A stretch of DNA of 64,000 nt from Candidatus Moraniibacteriota bacterium (GCA_049297495.1 JBAQUL010000026.1:620-64619); one strand, 5' to 3'. Positions 55,211-64,000 are shown, counted from the stretch's first letter. Translations and numbers: made by a program. The notes: a model not told the origin generated them from the sequence alone.

Positions 55211-55349
55211 TGTCATTCTGAGCGCAGCGCAACGGAGTCGAAGAATCTGCTATGGGTTATCGTAAGCCTTACTATACCATAGAAAACTTGAGGTAATGAA
55301 TGGCAGATCCTTCGACTTCGTCCGAGTACGGACTTCGCTCAGGATGACA
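55211..55349. repeat. ~140-bp long-palindrome structured repeat, family B copy 2
   Basis: tgtcattctgagcgcagcgcaacggagtcgaagaatctgc ... gcagatccttcgacttcgtccgagtacggacttcgctcaggatgaca. The nested hairpin is 1 bp shorter on both strands than in copy 1 (gtccg/cggac versus gtcccg/cgggac). Confidence 0.65.
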
Positions 55350-55381
55350 ACTCAAATTTAAATACGCAAATAATATATTCT

Positions 55382-55813
55382 ATGCCCGTCGACTTATTTT
55401 CAAAAACACCCCTGCCCGACGCTTTGCCAGATGAAATGCAAAAAGTCATTTTGGAATTGAAAAAATCGCGTGACCAAAAAGAATGTTTAGAAAAAGTCCA
55501 TGCGATCTTAACTGCGAAATATCACGGCGAGCGACTGAAAACTTACACGAAATTATTTCAATTATTCAAAAAAGATATTTTTTGGCTTTGGAATAGAACC
55601 GGCTACTTGCATTGTACCAACATCAACTATGTAGCAAGAATACTCCTTATTGGTAGCGGTTTTTTCCAAGATTCTGACATTCGCTTAAGATGGACCTTTG
55701 TGTGGCATATCTCCCCACACCAATATTTGCAAGTGAAAATTGGAGATCAATGGATCAATGTTGACGTTTGGGGTAATGCTTTTGGAATTAAGCTTGGTGA
55801 TTATGCGCATTAG
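55382..55813 (+). CDS. transglutaminase-like/papain-fold domain protein
   Basis: Ordered Cys-His-Asp candidates: GYLHCTNINYVARILL (Cys), WHISPHQYLQV (His), NVDVWG (Asp), the spacing typical of transglutaminase-like cysteine peptidases. Confidence 0.45.
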   Translation: MPVDLFSKTPLPDALPDEMQKVILELKKSRDQKECLEKVHAILTAKYHGERLKTYTKLFQLFKKDIFWLWNRTGYLHCTNINYVARILLIGSGFFQDSDIRLRWTFVWHISPHQYLQVKIGDQWINVDVWGNAFGIKLGDYAH

Positions 55814-55911
55814 CAGGCCTGACTCACCGGCGTACTTGACAAACCCTCTAATCAGTGCTACAATTGACTTTTATGTTAATACTTTCGTATGTGACTGCTT
55901 GCAGAGGTATC

Positions 55912-55957
55912 TAAACATAAAACATTTAATTTTTATGTTTAGAGCCTTTCTTTTTTG
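55912..55957 (+). terminator. rho-independent terminator (11-bp stem CTAAACATAAA/TTTATGTTTAG + T-run) after the transglutaminase-like gene
   Basis: ctaaacataaa-catttaatt-tttatgtttag agcctttcttttttg. Confidence 0.55.
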
Positions 55958-55975
55958 AAAGTCTCTCCAAAAAAC

Positions 55976-57202
55976 ATGTATCAAAATCGCTCAAGTCGCG
56001 GGACTTCTAGTTCTTCGCGCAGAAATTTTTCTCGTCCAGCTGGACGTAGTAATTCCGGCCCAAGTCGTGGCGGACAAAGAGGCTTCCGTGGAAGCTTCAT
56101 TAGTATTGACAAGTTCATCAACAAAGCCGCTCCAGTCACTGACATTCCGGCAGAAGCCTATGTCCCCGAAACGCCGTTTGCCGAAATGAAAATCAATAAC
56201 CGCTTAAAGCAAATAATTGCTCAACGTGGTTATGAGTTCCCAACCGCTATCCAAGACAAGACTATCCCCCACATTCTCGAGGGCAAAGATCTGATTGGTC
56301 TGGCGAATACCGGCACAGGCAAAACGGCCGCCTTTCTCATTCCAATGATTAATAAAATGCTCAGCAATCGCGATGAGAAACTTTTGGTTGTCGTACCTAC
56401 TCGTGAGTTGGCAACGCAAATTCAAGAAGAATATATTGCTCTCACTAGAGGCCTTAATCTTTTTTCAGTCGTCATTATCGGTGGAGCGAATATGCACCGC
56501 CAAGTTTCGCAATTGCGCTCCCGTCCCAATTTAGTTGTTGGCACACCCGGACGCTTGAAGGATCTCGTGCAACAAAGAAAGCTCGACCTTTCTCGTTTTT
56601 CCAATGTTGTGCTTGATGAGGCCGACCAAATGCTCGACATGGGATTCATTAACGACATCAAATTTTTGCTGTCATTTCTAACTCAGAAAAAACAAACTTT
56701 GTTTTTCTCTGCTACATTGCCACCCGCCATTGAGCATTTGATCAAAGATTTTCTTGTCGATCCAATAAGAATCTCTATCAGAAGCCAAGCGACACCAGCC
56801 CAGATCGATCAAGATGTTGTGCGAGTGAAGCAAGGTGAAGATAAAATTGAAATTCTACATAACCTACTCAAAGAAGCCGCTTTTCAAAAAGTGCTCATTT
56901 TTGCCAGGACCAAGAGTAGCACCGAAAGACTATCCAAAATTCTTTTCAGTCGTGGCTTCAAGGCCGAATCAATCCATGGCAATAAATCCCATGGTAAGCG
57001 CCAACAGGCACTCCAGATGTTTAAGGAAGACCGGGTTGAAATTCTTGTGGCCACTGACATCGCTGCCAGAGGCCTCGATATTCCAAATGTAAGTCACGTA
57101 ATCAACTTTGATGTACCTGCTACATATGAAGATTATATCCACCGCATCGGTCGCACGGGTCGCGCAGATAAAACTGGCATTGCATTAACCTTTGTATCAT
57201 AA
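55976..57202 (+). CDS. DEAD-box ATP-dependent RNA helicase with N-terminal RG/S-rich tail
   Basis: Q motif FPTAIQ, motif I ANTGTGKT, motif Ia PTRELA, DEAD (VLDEADQMLDMGF), SAT, and motif VI HRIGRTGRA. The ATG start is at ~55976; the track's TTG start at 55955 lies inside the upstream terminator T-run. Confidence 0.9.
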   Translation: MYQNRSSRGTSSSSRRNFSRPAGRSNSGPSRGGQRGFRGSFISIDKFINKAAPVTDIPAEAYVPETPFAEMKINNRLKQIIAQRGYEFPTAIQDKTIPHILEGKDLIGLANTGTGKTAAFLIPMINKMLSNRDEKLLVVVPTRELATQIQEEYIALTRGLNLFSVVIIGGANMHRQVSQLRSRPNLVVGTPGRLKDLVQQRKLDLSRFSNVVLDEADQMLDMGFINDIKFLLSFLTQKKQTLFFSATLPPAIEHLIKDFLVDPIRISIRSQATPAQIDQDVVRVKQGEDKIEILHNLLKEAAFQKVLIFARTKSSTERLSKILFSRGFKAESIHGNKSHGKRQQALQMFKEDRVEILVATDIAARGLDIPNVSHVINFDVPATYEDYIHRIGRTGRADKTGIALTFVS

Positions 57203-57210
57203 TCAAAAAG

Positions 57211-57365
57211 CCTCCTCGCCCTCCGGGAGAGGATGTCACGAGCACGTGACAGGTGAGGGCAAGGGTTATGAATCAGAAACAATCTATACTAATTTAGTTT
57301 TTGCCTAATATTAGGCCCTTTCCCTCATCCGGCCTTCAGCCACCTTCTCCCTAATGGAGAAGGGG
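57211..57365 (-). repeat. GC-rich multi-hairpin repeat, family C copy 3 (inverted orientation)
   Basis: The reverse complement reads ccccttctccattagggagaagg tggctgaaggccggatgaggg ... cccttgccctcacctgtcacgtgctcgtgacatcctctcccggagggcgaggagg. Confidence 0.65.
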
Positions 57366-57482
57366 AAATAAACAAAAAACGCTCCATAAAAACGGGGTGT
57401 TTTTTGTTGCCATTTCTTGCTTGACCAAAGCCTTTTCATTCTTTAAACTATAGTTAACGAAAGACAAAAAAGACACAAAAAA

Positions 57483-58655
57483 ATGATATTACTCAAAAAA
57501 ATATTCAATGTTCTCATATACGCATTCGCCCTTTCAGGTTTTGTTTTAATCGCTGGTTTCTTTGCTATCCGCTTGGGCCTCACGAATGTCTCAGGAGAAA
57601 TTGACAGCAAAAATTCCCATTTCTCCGCCAATGCGCAAAAGATTAAGGTAGCAAGCAATACAACACCACAACCCCAAATACCCGGAGACTTAACGGTTTC
57701 CACGATTGAGCAGGAAATAAAACGCTTGCAAGGAATAAAGGTAGTTCGCACAAATAATTACTGCAAAATCCAAGCGGTTGGCGAATATTTTCCCGTAAAC
57801 TCAAGACGCATTATCGAGATAGCGCAAGATTCAAAATCTGATCAAATTGTTTCAAAAACACTAACTGCCTTGGAGTTAGGGCTAGACGAGAATAGTCCAC
57901 TAAAAAACCAATTCGCTAATTGCGCTAACAATAACAGCTTAGTTCTAGGAGTAGACTTTCCTAGCCTTGAGCAAAAATTCAATACTGCCGAAAGCAATAA
58001 TGCTTTCTATTGGGTCAATACGCCAGAATGGCAAGCCATCAAAGAAGCTACTATAAAAGACAAACCCCTTATCGATCAAGCCAGTCAATTAACGGGTGTT
58101 GAATCGAGACTAATTGTCTCTGGGATGATTGTCGAACAACTACGCCTTTTCAATTCAGAAAGAGAAGTCTTCAAAAAGTTTTTTGAACCACTCAAAATTC
58201 TCTGTAGCGCCAATAAGATTTCTCTGGGAGTTATGGGCATCAAAGAGCAAACAGCCATTACGATTGAAAACCACCTAAAGGATCCAAATTGCGATTATTA
58301 CCTAGGAAAAGATTTTGAAAATATTCTAGATTTCAAAACAAGCAATGTCAGCCAAGAACGCTATGATCGTCTCGCCTCCGAAAAAGATCATTATTATTCC
58401 TATCTCTATGGCGCCCTCTATCTCAAACAATTCATGAACCAATGGAAAAAGGCCGGACATGAAATCCAATACCGACCAGAAATAGTAGGCACTCTTTTCA
58501 ACGTTGGTTTTCCCCAATCCAAACCAAACCCTAATCCAAAAGTGGGCGGATCACACATCAAAGTTGGAGAAAAAGAATATAGCTTCGGCTCACTTGCCTA
58601 TGAGTTTTACTATTCCGGAGAACTGGCAAAAGAATTTCCCTATGAAACAAATTGA
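57483..58655 (+). CDS. hypothetical membrane-anchored (N-terminal TM) extracytoplasmic protein
   Basis: 390 aa with one N-terminal TM (LIYAFALSGFVLIAGFFAI) and no recognisable motifs. First gene of a co-directional pair with the GGR-like oxidoreductase. Confidence 0.45.
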   Translation: MILLKKIFNVLIYAFALSGFVLIAGFFAIRLGLTNVSGEIDSKNSHFSANAQKIKVASNTTPQPQIPGDLTVSTIEQEIKRLQGIKVVRTNNYCKIQAVGEYFPVNSRRIIEIAQDSKSDQIVSKTLTALELGLDENSPLKNQFANCANNNSLVLGVDFPSLEQKFNTAESNNAFYWVNTPEWQAIKEATIKDKPLIDQASQLTGVESRLIVSGMIVEQLRLFNSEREVFKKFFEPLKILCSANKISLGVMGIKEQTAITIENHLKDPNCDYYLGKDFENILDFKTSNVSQERYDRLASEKDHYYSYLYGALYLKQFMNQWKKAGHEIQYRPEIVGTLFNVGFPQSKPNPNPKVGGSHIKVGEKEYSFGSLAYEFYYSGELAKEFPYETN

Positions 58656-58690
58656 TAGATAACTCAGACACAAGTCACTCTCAAACATTT

Positions 58691-59866
58691 ATGGAAAAAT
58701 ATGACGTTATAATTGTCGGCGCAGGACCAGCGGGAAGCACAGCTGCTTATTACACTTCCGGCCTTAAGGTTTTGCTTGTTGATAAGGCAGACTTTCCCAG
58801 ACACAAGGCTTGCGGTGGTGGTCTTATGAGCAGTCGCGATTGGCATTTGGAACTTCAAAATTATGCCAAAATCAAAGATAAGTTAAACACATTTTCTTGT
58901 GAAGCGATTAAAATTTATTGGGATTGTGAGTATATCGCAAACCGCCGTTTCAAACATCTTTTTGATCAAATTAGTCGCTATGAGTTTGATAGCTTACTCT
59001 TGGAAGAGGCACTGAAAAAAGAAAATATCACTTTTTTGAAATTTGATCTGCAAAAAATCGAAAAAACTACCTTTGAAGGAAAGAGTGGATATGTCATATC
59101 TGATGGACAAACTAGTCTTTTTGCCACCTATCTTATCGGGGCAGACGGAATGCATAGTAAGGTTTCAAAATTTCTTGGCAACCTCCCGCCAAAAAGACAC
59201 CAAATCGGCTATTGCTTGGAATGTGACATTGTTTGCGAAAAAAAGGATCTCCACGTTCACGTGATTGCGGGATACCTGAAAGAAATTGGTTACGGCTGGA
59301 TATTCCCGACGGCCAATGGCTATCAAGTCGGAGTTGGAATCGTAAGAAAGCCCAAACACGCTTTGCAATATTACCTCGACTCTCTCCTGAGCTGGACGAT
59401 TGAAAAAAAAATATTACCAGTGCATCACGAAATCAAAAAAACTTTTGGCGGAGCATTGCCATTGAAAGTCGTTAAGACGTATTGTACTGATGATATTTTG
59501 CTCTGTGGCGACGCAATGGGCCTTGTGAAAATTCTCACCGGAGAAGGAATATATTATGCGATGTGCAGTGGAAAAATTGCTGGTCTTGCGCTTTCTCATA
59601 ACCGAAAAAATCTCAAAAAAACCTATAAAAAGAAAATGCGCCCACTCATCTGGGATACATTCATCACGCCCTATATCCCGCCAAAAATCTTCACTCTTAC
59701 TTTTTGGACTGTGTTTTTTCGCATTGCTAAAATTTTTGACCGTTTAGTTTTTTTGCGCAGTCTCAATCTTTTTATTGATTACTTTATGCGTATGACTATG
59801 CACAGAAAGAAATTCAGTGGTCAGAGCTTCTATCGAAACGAAAAAATTGAAATCGAAAAATATTAG
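58691..59866 (+). CDS. FAD-dependent geranylgeranyl-reductase-family oxidoreductase
   Basis: YDVIIVGAGPAGSTAAYY (dinucleotide-binding), PRHKACGGGL (GGR-family PRxKxCGG), and GDAMGLVKILTGEGIYYAMCSG (the GD motif). Starts at the ATG ~58691 (MEKYDV...); the track starts at the TTG at 58652. C-terminal hydrophobic extension. Confidence 0.7.
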   Translation: MEKYDVIIVGAGPAGSTAAYYTSGLKVLLVDKADFPRHKACGGGLMSSRDWHLELQNYAKIKDKLNTFSCEAIKIYWDCEYIANRRFKHLFDQISRYEFDSLLLEEALKKENITFLKFDLQKIEKTTFEGKSGYVISDGQTSLFATYLIGADGMHSKVSKFLGNLPPKRHQIGYCLECDIVCEKKDLHVHVIAGYLKEIGYGWIFPTANGYQVGVGIVRKPKHALQYYLDSLLSWTIEKKILPVHHEIKKTFGGALPLKVVKTYCTDDILLCGDAMGLVKILTGEGIYYAMCSGKIAGLALSHNRKNLKKTYKKKMRPLIWDTFITPYIPPKIFTLTFWTVFFRIAKIFDRLVFLRSLNLFIDYFMRMTMHRKKFSGQSFYRNEKIEIEKY

Positions 59867-59878
59867 ACTCTTCTAGGA

Positions 59879-61762
59879 TTATTCCTGTTTATACACTTGT
59901 ATAAAATTTCCCGGACGATTATCAATATTCAGTTCCCAAAGCGGGGGCTTTTTCTTTGCCGCAATAAATTGTCCGATATAGCCCCAACGGACCTGCCCGC
60001 GTCGCGTTAGGACAAAATATACGTCGTCACGATTTTGATTTAACACTTCTATCACTCTCTTCTTATTGTCATTACTGATATCCACGCATTTACCGTTAAC
60101 GAAGGGGCATACCCCTGGGTAATCCGCAATAACAAAAATTTCCTTCTCACTCGCCAAAGAATTTATAACCTGACCTGCCTCGTGTCCCCCATACCCCCAC
60201 GCACCGGCAATTAGATTTTCCCGAGGAAGCAAAGCATTCGCATAATTAAAATAAAATGGCTTCACAATCCAAAGACTCACTACACTGAGCGCAATAATAA
60301 TAAGCGAAATGAGAATCTTGTTTATTTTTGCGAATATTCCACGTTGCGTCAGCTCCCAGATTCCCAATGCTGCCATGAAAATAGCTAGTGGCTGCAAAAT
60401 AATTCCGTAACGAACATTCACAAGCAGCCCTTGCATTGTAACGGTTGACCAATAAAATAGAATAAAAGCGGATAATATATAGATATAGAAATCATATTTG
60501 GTTTTTTTGAGAATACTTTTCAGCCAAACAAAAAACAGTGCTCCGAGCACAAGCGGTGTCAGTGAAAAAACTAGCGGACGCACCTGCAGAATCATTTTTT
60601 TCCAAAATGGAAGACTAATAAAGAAATCGCTTTGGCGAGAATCGAAAGGAACGGAATCGAGATTGAAAAAATTAACCCCCAGTGTCCAATTCGCGAGTGT
60701 GAAAAGACAAAGGCCAAAGACAATAACAACAATGCTCTTGAAAATCATCCGACCATAACGCATAAGACACTCCAAAGAAAATAAAACCATTCTACTTTTC
60801 CAAAAAAATGCGTCAGCGATAATCAGAACATCAACGCAAAGCGTAATCCAAAAAATAAATCCCTTGTGATCAAAATTAATCACATCATCAAAAAGATATT
60901 TACTCTTTACAAAGACAGCAGGCATCAAAAAAGAGAACACAAAAAACCCTCCGATAACAATTGCCAAATAAGCGCTAGCAACTTTCAAGCTTTCACGATA
61001 AAGTGTCTTGACCTTCTCTTTTTTTGTTTTGGCGTAGAACAAAAGATGCACGATAAAAATAAAAAATAAAAAATATACTAAAATAAGCGCAATGTATTTT
61101 GTTGCCAATGCCAAACCTAATAGTACGGCGGTAAGTATGGCAATTTTTCTTGACCCGTCTTTCAAAAATAATAAAAAAGCAAAAATGGTCGCACTACAAA
61201 AAACCCAAGAAAGAGCATCGGGATTAACGATTTGAGAAACTCCCAGGAGCACAGGAGAGAGCAATATGAGGGTTGCAGACCAAAGACCAATCCAAATATT
61301 CTCTGTCAACTTTCTTATTATCCAAAAGAAAAAAAGCGAAAAAAGTCCATTAAAAATCAGGAGCGGAAAACGATAGCAAAAATTTATCCGCTCAAATTTC
61401 CGGGAATCATATCTCGTAAAAGTATCGTCTTTTTCTCTAATCTGCTCGCCATGATTTCTGTCAAAAAGCAGTCCGATTCCGGAAATGTAAGCAAGCGTTA
61501 TGCCCGGCTTATCATTAATTCTTGTTTTCTTCCAAGTCCCCTCCCCCATTGCTTGCCAATACTCCGAGATGCGATCTTGATCAACCCAGAAATGTTCATC
61601 CGCCGTGTCAAATTTAGTCAGATGATAGAAACCAAAAGAAAAATAAAGTGTCAGTATCAAGACAAAAAGCAATACAATTGACTTATAATCAACTTTTCTC
61701 TCAAGTCCACTATTTTTCGTATCATTTGCTATTCCCTGGCACATACTTAAAAATTCTGACAT
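59879..61762 (-). CDS. GT-C fold polyprenyl-phosphate-sugar-dependent glycosyltransferase (ArnT/PMT-like, GT83/GT39-like)
   Basis: 627 aa, ~12 TM. The first-loop acidic motif FDTADEHFW (DE...Y/F/W) resembles ArnT/PMT catalytic loops, and there is a large C-terminal extracytoplasmic domain. It is a paralog of the adjacent gene. Confidence 0.65.
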   Translation of the reverse strand: MSEFLSMCQGIANDTKNSGLERKVDYKSIVLLFVLILTLYFSFGFYHLTKFDTADEHFWVDQDRISEYWQAMGEGTWKKTRINDKPGITLAYISGIGLLFDRNHGEQIREKDDTFTRYDSRKFERINFCYRFPLLIFNGLFSLFFFWIIRKLTENIWIGLWSATLILLSPVLLGVSQIVNPDALSWVFCSATIFAFLLFLKDGSRKIAILTAVLLGLALATKYIALILVYFLFFIFIVHLLFYAKTKKEKVKTLYRESLKVASAYLAIVIGGFFVFSFLMPAVFVKSKYLFDDVINFDHKGFIFWITLCVDVLIIADAFFWKSRMVLFSLECLMRYGRMIFKSIVVIVFGLCLFTLANWTLGVNFFNLDSVPFDSRQSDFFISLPFWKKMILQVRPLVFSLTPLVLGALFFVWLKSILKKTKYDFYIYILSAFILFYWSTVTMQGLLVNVRYGIILQPLAIFMAALGIWELTQRGIFAKINKILISLIIIALSVVSLWIVKPFYFNYANALLPRENLIAGAWGYGGHEAGQVINSLASEKEIFVIADYPGVCPFVNGKCVDISNDNKKRVIEVLNQNRDDVYFVLTRRGQVRWGYIGQFIAAKKKPPLWELNIDNRPGNFIQVYKQE

Positions 61763-63575
61763 AATTCTTGGTCCTGCCGTTTATCACCAACTCCCAAGCA
61801 GGATCCTTTTTTTCATATAAATATTTAGCATTAATTGTATCCCACATACCGCGATACATGATTGCTCCGCGACGAGTTTTCACAAAATAATCAGGAATTG
61901 TATCACCCTCTTTCAGCTTAAACCTTCCATTGCTTTTACCCATAACACACCTTCCTACCAGAAATGGACAATATCCATTATAGTCAGTCCAGATGAGCAA
62001 ATTTTTGGCATTAGGCAGTGCATTAAGATATTCTGCCGCCTCATAACCACCATAACCCCAGGCATCTGTAATAATCCGACTCTTAGGAAGTAAATCGCTG
62101 GTATAATTGAAATAGTATGGCTTAGTCGACCACAGACTCCAAAAACTGATAATCAAAATTCCAACTGTGACCATTTTTTTACTGATTTTTCTTAGCCACT
62201 TCCAAGAAAAAAATTCCCAAAGCCCGATACTTGCCAAAAGCAGCACGAAAGGATAAAGCATGATATTATAACGGATTGTAACAAGCAAGTTTTGCGCAAG
62301 CACTGCCGAATAGAAAGCGACTAGAAAAAATAGCACCGAAAAAACTATTCTTACGTGAGTCGTGCTTTTCAGACTTGATTTCCCTAAAATAAAAAGTAGT
62401 GAAAAAAATGTTAACGGGGTGAGCGAAAAAATCAACGGCATCATCTCTAAGACAATTCTCACCGGAAGTGATTTTTGAGTAAATGTTGACGACTTTTCCA
62501 GATCAAAGGAAATATTTTTCATAAAGTCCTCTCCGTATTGAGTGTCAGGCATCCAAGTAAAAAAAATAAATGCAAAAAATATAAAAAAAACAGTAGCAAA
62601 TACTTTGGGTACAATATTGGTGATGCTTTTCACTCTGTCGGCAACTCCGAGCAATAGTTTGCTTTTAAAAGCCAAGGCGTCAAGCAAAAGCAAAAAAACC
62701 ACTCCTCCAATAACCACAAAAACATACTGAAATCCATTCAAATCCAAAAAGGCATCATAAAGCAAGATGGGACGGACAAACACCGCCGGAAGAAAAAGAG
62801 AAAACACCGCGAAGGCTCCAACCACCGTCATGAGATATGCTAGAACTGTACGGCTAATTTCACGCTGGGTCACAATTTCATCCCTAGACCTCTTGAAAAA
62901 AAATTCGAAAATAACCACCGCCAAAAGAAATGGGATAAGAATCACCGCACTATATTTACTGAGCAATGAAAAACCGAGAAATAGTGCGGCAAGAAAAATA
63001 AATTTCTTTTCCCTCGTCTTTAGAAAGCTGAAAAATGAAAATATTGATCCGGCAGAAAATGACCATAGCAGTGAATCAGGATTGACAATCTGTGATATTC
63101 CCAGAAGAATCGGTGAAAGCAAGATAAAAATAGCCGCCCAGAGAGCAATCCAACGATTCTCCGTAAACTTCCAGATAAGCCAAAAAAGCAAAAAGCAGAA
63201 AAGTCCATTGAAGAGTAATAGTGGGAAACGAAATAAGAAATGTACCCACTCAACCTCCGAGGGATCATAGCTACGTTCAAATGTATTTTCAGTAAAAAGA
63301 CCGTCCGCTGGCCTAGCTTTAAAAAAAAGCGCGCTTCCCGAAATGTAAGCCAACGACACACCCGGCTTATCATTGATATGCGTTCCCTCCAAATTCCCTT
63401 TGCGAAGAGCATTCCAATAAGCATGAATACGTCCATTTTCCGGATCTTCATACATCCAATAACGCTCATCTGCCGTTTCAAACTTGGACAAATGATGGAG
63501 CCCAAAAGCGAGATAGATAAAAAAGGCCACTAACAAGAGCAAAACTACGTAAATTTTATCATTCATTTTCGCCAT
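61722..63575 (-). CDS. GT-C fold polyprenyl-phosphate-sugar-dependent glycosyltransferase (ArnT/PMT-like), tandem paralog
   Basis: 617 aa with the same architecture; its FETADERYWM loop corresponds to FDTADEHFWV in the neighbour, and the C-terminal ...AWGYGGYEAA / ...AWGYGGHEAG regions are shared. Confidence 0.65.
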   Translation of the reverse strand: MAKMNDKIYVVLLLLVAFFIYLAFGLHHLSKFETADERYWMYEDPENGRIHAYWNALRKGNLEGTHINDKPGVSLAYISGSALFFKARPADGLFTENTFERSYDPSEVEWVHFLFRFPLLLFNGLFCFLLFWLIWKFTENRWIALWAAIFILLSPILLGISQIVNPDSLLWSFSAGSIFSFFSFLKTREKKFIFLAALFLGFSLLSKYSAVILIPFLLAVVIFEFFFKRSRDEIVTQREISRTVLAYLMTVVGAFAVFSLFLPAVFVRPILLYDAFLDLNGFQYVFVVIGGVVFLLLLDALAFKSKLLLGVADRVKSITNIVPKVFATVFFIFFAFIFFTWMPDTQYGEDFMKNISFDLEKSSTFTQKSLPVRIVLEMMPLIFSLTPLTFFSLLFILGKSSLKSTTHVRIVFSVLFFLVAFYSAVLAQNLLVTIRYNIMLYPFVLLLASIGLWEFFSWKWLRKISKKMVTVGILIISFWSLWSTKPYYFNYTSDLLPKSRIITDAWGYGGYEAAEYLNALPNAKNLLIWTDYNGYCPFLVGRCVMGKSNGRFKLKEGDTIPDYFVKTRRGAIMYRGMWDTINAKYLYEKKDPAWELVINGRTKNYVRIFKYVPGNSK

Positions 63576-63742
63576 ATATACAAAAACTCACTCAGCTAAA
63601 ACTCAATAACACTATTTGCATCATATATTATTTATTTCCAATAGTCCACTGGAGCGTTGCCGAACAATTTCATCTTTACCCCTAATTGATGTATACTAAG
63701 CTATAGACTAAAAAGTTTGGCCAATCTTAGCGCACGCACTCT

Positions 63743-64000
63743 ATGAAAAAAATGATTTTTTCTGCCTCCATATTGATAGTTGCCCTTGGTATCTTCCTGG
63801 GAACTCTTTTGGGACAAAAAATTTATTCCCGTTTTCACCCAATATCTAGCGCCTTTCCTCAAGATCCACCATTTGAAATGCCAGCCTTTCCTGAACTGAA
63901 ATTTCCCGAAAAAAAATGTAATATTGAAAACTTCGGCGCTAAGAATGATGGAAAAACGCTCAATACCACGGCCTTTGAAGCTGCAATTACTGAGTGTGCA
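63743..64000 (+). CDS. secreted right-handed beta-helix protein (pectate-lyase fold/GH28-like), N-terminal part; continues beyond window
   Basis: Signal peptide MKKMIFSASILIVALGIFLG, then ...CNIENFGAKNDGKTLNTTAFEAAITEC, the typical N-terminal cap of GH28/pectin-lyase-fold proteins (ITDFGAKGDGKTDDTAA...A...C). Confidence 0.5.
   Translation, partial: MKKMIFSASILIVALGIFLGTLLGQKIYSRFHPISSAFPQDPPFEMPAFPELKFPEKKCNIENFGAKNDGKTLNTTAFEAAITECA

Noticed and set aside
1-64000. CRISPR arrays, cas genes, integrases/recombinases, reverse transcriptases, restriction-modification or toxin-antitoxin pairs.
   Set aside because: I looked for regularly spaced direct repeats and for the characteristic protein motifs and found none. 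The repeats present are the dispersed families A-C and short local repeats, not CRISPR-like arrays.

Overview
This is a 64-kb, low-GC, gene-dense chromosomal window dominated by housekeeping genes on the minus strand. I infer a small-genome, possibly CPR/Patescibacteria-like bacterium with the standard genetic code; no database search was possible, so this is a guess.

Genes recognised with reasonable support:
- **Ribosomal and translation cluster end:** partial rpsI, rplM, rplQ, rpoA, rpsD, rpsK, rpsM, rpmJ, infA.
- **Aminoacyl-tRNA synthetases:** valS, pheST, tyrS, hisS, and an alaS that stops at the end of the editing domain.
- **Protein export:** secDF, secA with a csaA-like gene, secE-nusG-rplK-rplA, lepB.
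- **Other housekeeping:** dprA, topA, a short rel, parAB, pth, an LCP-family protein, a DEAD-box helicase, mnmA, rpsU, and one tRNA-Leu(CAA).

Features I consider unusual:
- Three families of GC-rich repeated elements in an AT-rich background.
  - Family C: a ~160-bp four-hairpin element in three intergenic copies.
  - Family B: a ~145-bp long-palindrome element in two copies, each just 3' of a gene.
  - Family A: a short CCTGCCTGCC/GGCAGGCAGG palindrome plus (GGAAATT)n heptamer tracts, found in frame inside mnmA, related to a tract in pheT, and inside a duplicated 3' half of the tRNA-Leu.
- Five tandem NUDIX hydrolase genes.
- A SecD carrying an embedded parvulin-like segment.
- A three-gene module next to dprA: sigma-region-4 HTH protein, membrane protein, and a TraD/VirD4-like P-loop ATPase with a C-terminal zinc ribbon.
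- A DUF3999-like/DUF2339-like membrane-protein pair with two small coiled-coil proteins.
- An envelope cluster: geranylgeranyl-reductase-like flavoprotein, two tandem ArnT/PMT-like GT-C glycosyltransferases, and a partial GH28-like beta-helix protein.

I saw no CRISPR array, integrase, reverse transcriptase or restriction-modification system. All coordinates I derived by hand are approximate to +/-2 nt.
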